This document shows positions 61,445 through 64,000 of a DNA stretch of 64,000 bases, one piece after another; positions within the stretch are counted from its first letter, which is position 1, and the number at the start of each line of letters is the position of its first letter. This DNA comes from Alphaproteobacteria bacterium (GTDB lineage Bacteria; Pseudomonadota; Alphaproteobacteria; UBA828). Under the pieces are notes generated by a model, which searched no databases, was not told where the DNA came from, and saw only the letters and a list, made by a program, of their open reading frames with translations. Position numbers and translations under genes: made by a program. The stretch is taken from NCBI GenBank assembly GCA_965220825.1, contig OZ244839.1:3077280-3141279 (forward strand). Reading direction: 5' to 3'.

Positions 61445-63469
61445 CTACGCGGCGGCGATCTCCACCTCCACGCCGTGGACGCAGGTGCTTTCGCCCATGT
61501 CGGACTTGATGCCCGGGTTCAGCACGTTCACGTTGGCGCGCGCGGCACCCTCCTGGCGCGGCCAGCGCCCCTTCGGACTTAGGGCGACGCCGGGGGGAAC
61601 GATCTCGGCGGTCTCGAGGGTGAGCGTGAGGCTTCCGGTGGCGTTGGAAAGCCGCACCCTTTGCCCCGCCGCAAGCCCCCGCGCCGCCGCATCCGCCGGG
61701 TGGAGCGTGACGGTCGCCTTGCCGAGCTGCTTCGCGATCCGCGCGTCGTTCGCGTAGGAATCGTTCATCAGCCAGGGCGAGGCCGGCGAGAGAAGCCGAA
61801 GCCCGCCATTTGTGGGGCGCGCATCCGAATCCGGTGAGGGCACGCGGGGATGGCCGTCGGCCTCGGCGCGGGACGACGCAATCTCGAACTTGCCGCTTTC
61901 CGTCGGGAAGACGAGATCGGGAAACTGGATCTCGGGCTCGGCCGAGGGGAAGACCGTGCCCTTGGCCTTGAAATCCTCGAACGTGCCGGCGATTCCCACC
62001 TGGCCCATCACGGCCGCGATGATCTCCTCGTCGCTCTCGAAGAGGGCGGGCTCGCTGAAACCCATGGCACGGGCCAGGCGGCGGAAGATCTCCTGGTTGG
62101 GGAGCGATTCACCCAGGGGCTCCTGGAGTTTGGCCTGCGTCGAGAAGGAGAGGTTGAAGTAGCCGGAGACCAGATCGTCGAACTCGAGGAAGGAAGCCGC
62201 CGGCAGGACGTAATCGGCGTAGTCCGCCGTGTCGGTCTGGAAGATGTCCACCACCACGGTAAAGAGGTCGTCCCGCGCGAGCGCCCGCTGCAGGCGCGCC
62301 TGCTCCGGGCTGGAGGCTGCCGGGTTGATGTTCCAGCAGAGGAAGGCCTGGATGTCCGCCGGATCCTCGAGACGGGCGGCGAGTTCCATCTGGCTGAAGC
62401 TCGCCGGGCTCCGGCTGAGTGCGGCGCCGCTCAGATAGTCGCCGTCCACACCTTTCCGACCGCCGCCATTGAGATAGAGCATGCCGGCGCCGGGCTTGCC
62501 GAAATTGCCCGTCGCCGCAGCCAGCAGCGCGCAGGCGCGTATCACATTGCCGCCGCGCGCCTGGCGCTGCAGCCCCTGGCCCAGCCAGAGCAGCGCCGGC
62601 CCTGCGCCATAGGCCCGCGCCGCCTCCTCGATCAACGCGGAAGCGACGCCGGTCTCCCCTTCGGCCCATTCCGGCGTCGCGGCTTGCACGGAGGGCTCGA
62701 CCTCCTCCCAGCCCACGGTGTGGGCGGCGAGGAACGCGCGGTCGATCAATCCGTCCCGCACGAGGACATGCACCATGGCGAAGGCGAGCGCCGCGTCGGT
62801 GCCGGGAAAGGGCTGGAGATGGAGATCCGCCTCGGCCGCCGTCGGATGGCGCACCGGATCCACCACGATCACCGTGCCCGGAGCCTCCTTGAGCCAGTGC
62901 TTGTGCTGATGCGGCGCGGAGGCGGAGGGGTTTGCACCCCACACCAGGATGCAGGCGGAATCTTTTGCGGTGCGCGGATCGAACCCCACTGTGGACGTGC
63001 CGATGACGTAATCGAGCGCGACATGGCCCGCCATGTTGCAGACGGTGTCGGGCTCCACTTCCCGAGCGCCGAGCCGGCCGAGAAAACGCATCGGGAAGTT
63101 GTTGGCGATCAGGGAGCAGGTGCCGGTGTAGTGGGCATGGACGATCCGGTCCGCGCCGGGGCCTTCGGCGATGGCGGCGAAGCGCGCGGCGATGTCGGAG
63201 ATGGCCTCGTCCCAGCTCACGGGCGTGAAGCGGCCTTCGCCCTTGGCGCCTTGGCGCTTGAGCGGCGTGAGCAGCCGGGCTTCGCGGTCGCGGAAGACGC
63301 CATTGTAGGCGAGCGCGCATTTGCCGCAGAGCGCACCGCGGCTCACCGGATGGTCCGGATCGCCGAGAACGCGGGTGATGGCGCCGTTCCGTCTTATGGC
63401 GACGATCCCGCAGGCGTCATAGCAGTCCCTCGGGCAGGTGGTCTTGAGAACTTCCTTCTCGCTCGGCAT
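61445..63469 (-). CDS. molybdopterin (MGD) oxidoreductase, cytoplasmic, with N-terminal 4Fe-4S cluster
   Basis: 674 aa from MPSEKEVLKTTCPRDCYDACG...CGKC (four-Cys Fe-S motif). MopB-superfamily length with C-terminal MGD-binding barrel. No Tat signal. AGGAAA RBS. Confidence 0.8.
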   Translation of the reverse strand: MPSEKEVLKTTCPRDCYDACGIVAIRRNGAITRVLGDPDHPVSRGALCGKCALAYNGVFRDREARLLTPLKRQGAKGEGRFTPVSWDEAISDIAARFAAIAEGPGADRIVHAHYTGTCSLIANNFPMRFLGRLGAREVEPDTVCNMAGHVALDYVIGTSTVGFDPRTAKDSACILVWGANPSASAPHQHKHWLKEAPGTVIVVDPVRHPTAAEADLHLQPFPGTDAALAFAMVHVLVRDGLIDRAFLAAHTVGWEEVEPSVQAATPEWAEGETGVASALIEEAARAYGAGPALLWLGQGLQRQARGGNVIRACALLAAATGNFGKPGAGMLYLNGGGRKGVDGDYLSGAALSRSPASFSQMELAARLEDPADIQAFLCWNINPAASSPEQARLQRALARDDLFTVVVDIFQTDTADYADYVLPAASFLEFDDLVSGYFNLSFSTQAKLQEPLGESLPNQEIFRRLARAMGFSEPALFESDEEIIAAVMGQVGIAGTFEDFKAKGTVFPSAEPEIQFPDLVFPTESGKFEIASSRAEADGHPRVPSPDSDARPTNGGLRLLSPASPWLMNDSYANDARIAKQLGKATVTLHPADAAARGLAAGQRVRLSNATGSLTLTLETAEIVPPGVALSPKGRWPRQEGAARANVNVLNPGIKSDMGESTCVHGVEVEIAAA

Positions 63470-63578
63470 GGCGGTTTCCTCTTGCGCGCCGCGGTCGGTG
63501 CCAGCGTAAGACGGTTTCCTTCCAAATGGAATCGCTCCAGGCTTGCGGCCGTTGCGAGATGTGTGGGGAGGAGTCGTC

Positions 63579-64000
63579 ATGCGGGAGGTAACGCTGCCGT
63601 CGGGAGAGCGCGTGCCGGCGCTGGGCCAGGGCACGTGGCGCATGGGAGAGAAGCGGAGCGCCTTCAAGGAGGAGGTGGCGGCGCTCCGCCACGGCATCGC
63701 CCGCGGCATGACCCTGATCGACACGGCCGAAATGTACGGCGACGGCGGTGCCGAGCGGGTGGTGGGCGAGGCGATGCGTGGACAGCGGGATTCGGTTTAT
63801 CTCGTGAGCAAGGTCCTGCCGCAGAACGCCGGGCGCAAGCGGCTCGTGCGCGCCTGCGAGGCGAGTCTGGAGCGGCTGGGGACGGACCGTCTGGATCTCT
63901 ACCTGCTGCACTGGCGCGGTAGCGTTCCGCTGGAGGAGACGGTGGAAGGCTTCCTCGCCCTCCGGGAGGCCCGGAAGATCCGCGCGTTCGGGGTCAGCAA
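63579..64000 (+). CDS. aldo/keto reductase (partial, runs off window end)
   Basis: [24 protein letters not shown]...[20 protein letters not shown]...LDLYLLHW: AKR catalytic Asp/Tyr/Lys/His blocks. Confidence 0.75.
   Translation, partial: MREVTLPSGERVPALGQGTWRMGEKRSAFKEEVAALRHGIARGMTLIDTAEMYGDGGAERVVGEAMRGQRDSVYLVSKVLPQNAGRKRLVRACEASLERLGTDRLDLYLLHWRGSVPLEETVEGFLALREARKIRAFGVS

Overview
High-GC (about 67-70%) alphaproteobacterial chromosomal segment around the replication-initiation gene cluster rpsT-dnaA-dnaN-recF-gyrB. Flanking it are housekeeping genes (ubiE/ubiB, mutM, class A PBP, cobB, SCO, dinB, rpmI-rplT-pheS-pheT, lepA, tRNA-Ser, dadA) and several accessory-looking blocks. The first block is a YbbA/YbbP-type ABC exporter divergent from tesA and thpR, followed by a secreted DUF2141 / Tat-exported carotenoid-cleavage-oxygenase / zincin operon facing a PAPS-type sulfotransferase. 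The second is a roughly 1.1 kb lower-GC islet (27.8-28.9 kb) with only small ORFs. The third is an arginine-deiminase cluster (arcD-like YfcC transporter, arcA, arcC) with no arcB. The fourth is an IS481-family insertion sequence inserted where infC is expected, upstream of rpmI, preceded by a duplicated IS-end-like repeat and a long palindrome. The most unusual region is a long nitrogen-compound cluster (44.8-63.5 kb). It holds urtABCDE-like urea/amide ABC transporter genes, an M20 amidohydrolase, an alpha/beta hydrolase, a split glutamate-synthase-like / N-methylglutamate-synthase-like trio with unusual domain fusions, a 250-bp AT-rich islet encoding a tiny zinc-ribbon membrane protein, a LarA-family (nickel-pincer racemase-like) gene with no larBCE, an MFS DHA2 transporter, a CmcJ/NvfI-like protein and a cytoplasmic molybdopterin oxidoreductase. 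No CRISPR arrays or rRNA genes were seen. Most long ORFs on the strand opposite to recognisable genes are GC-skew artefacts and were ignored.
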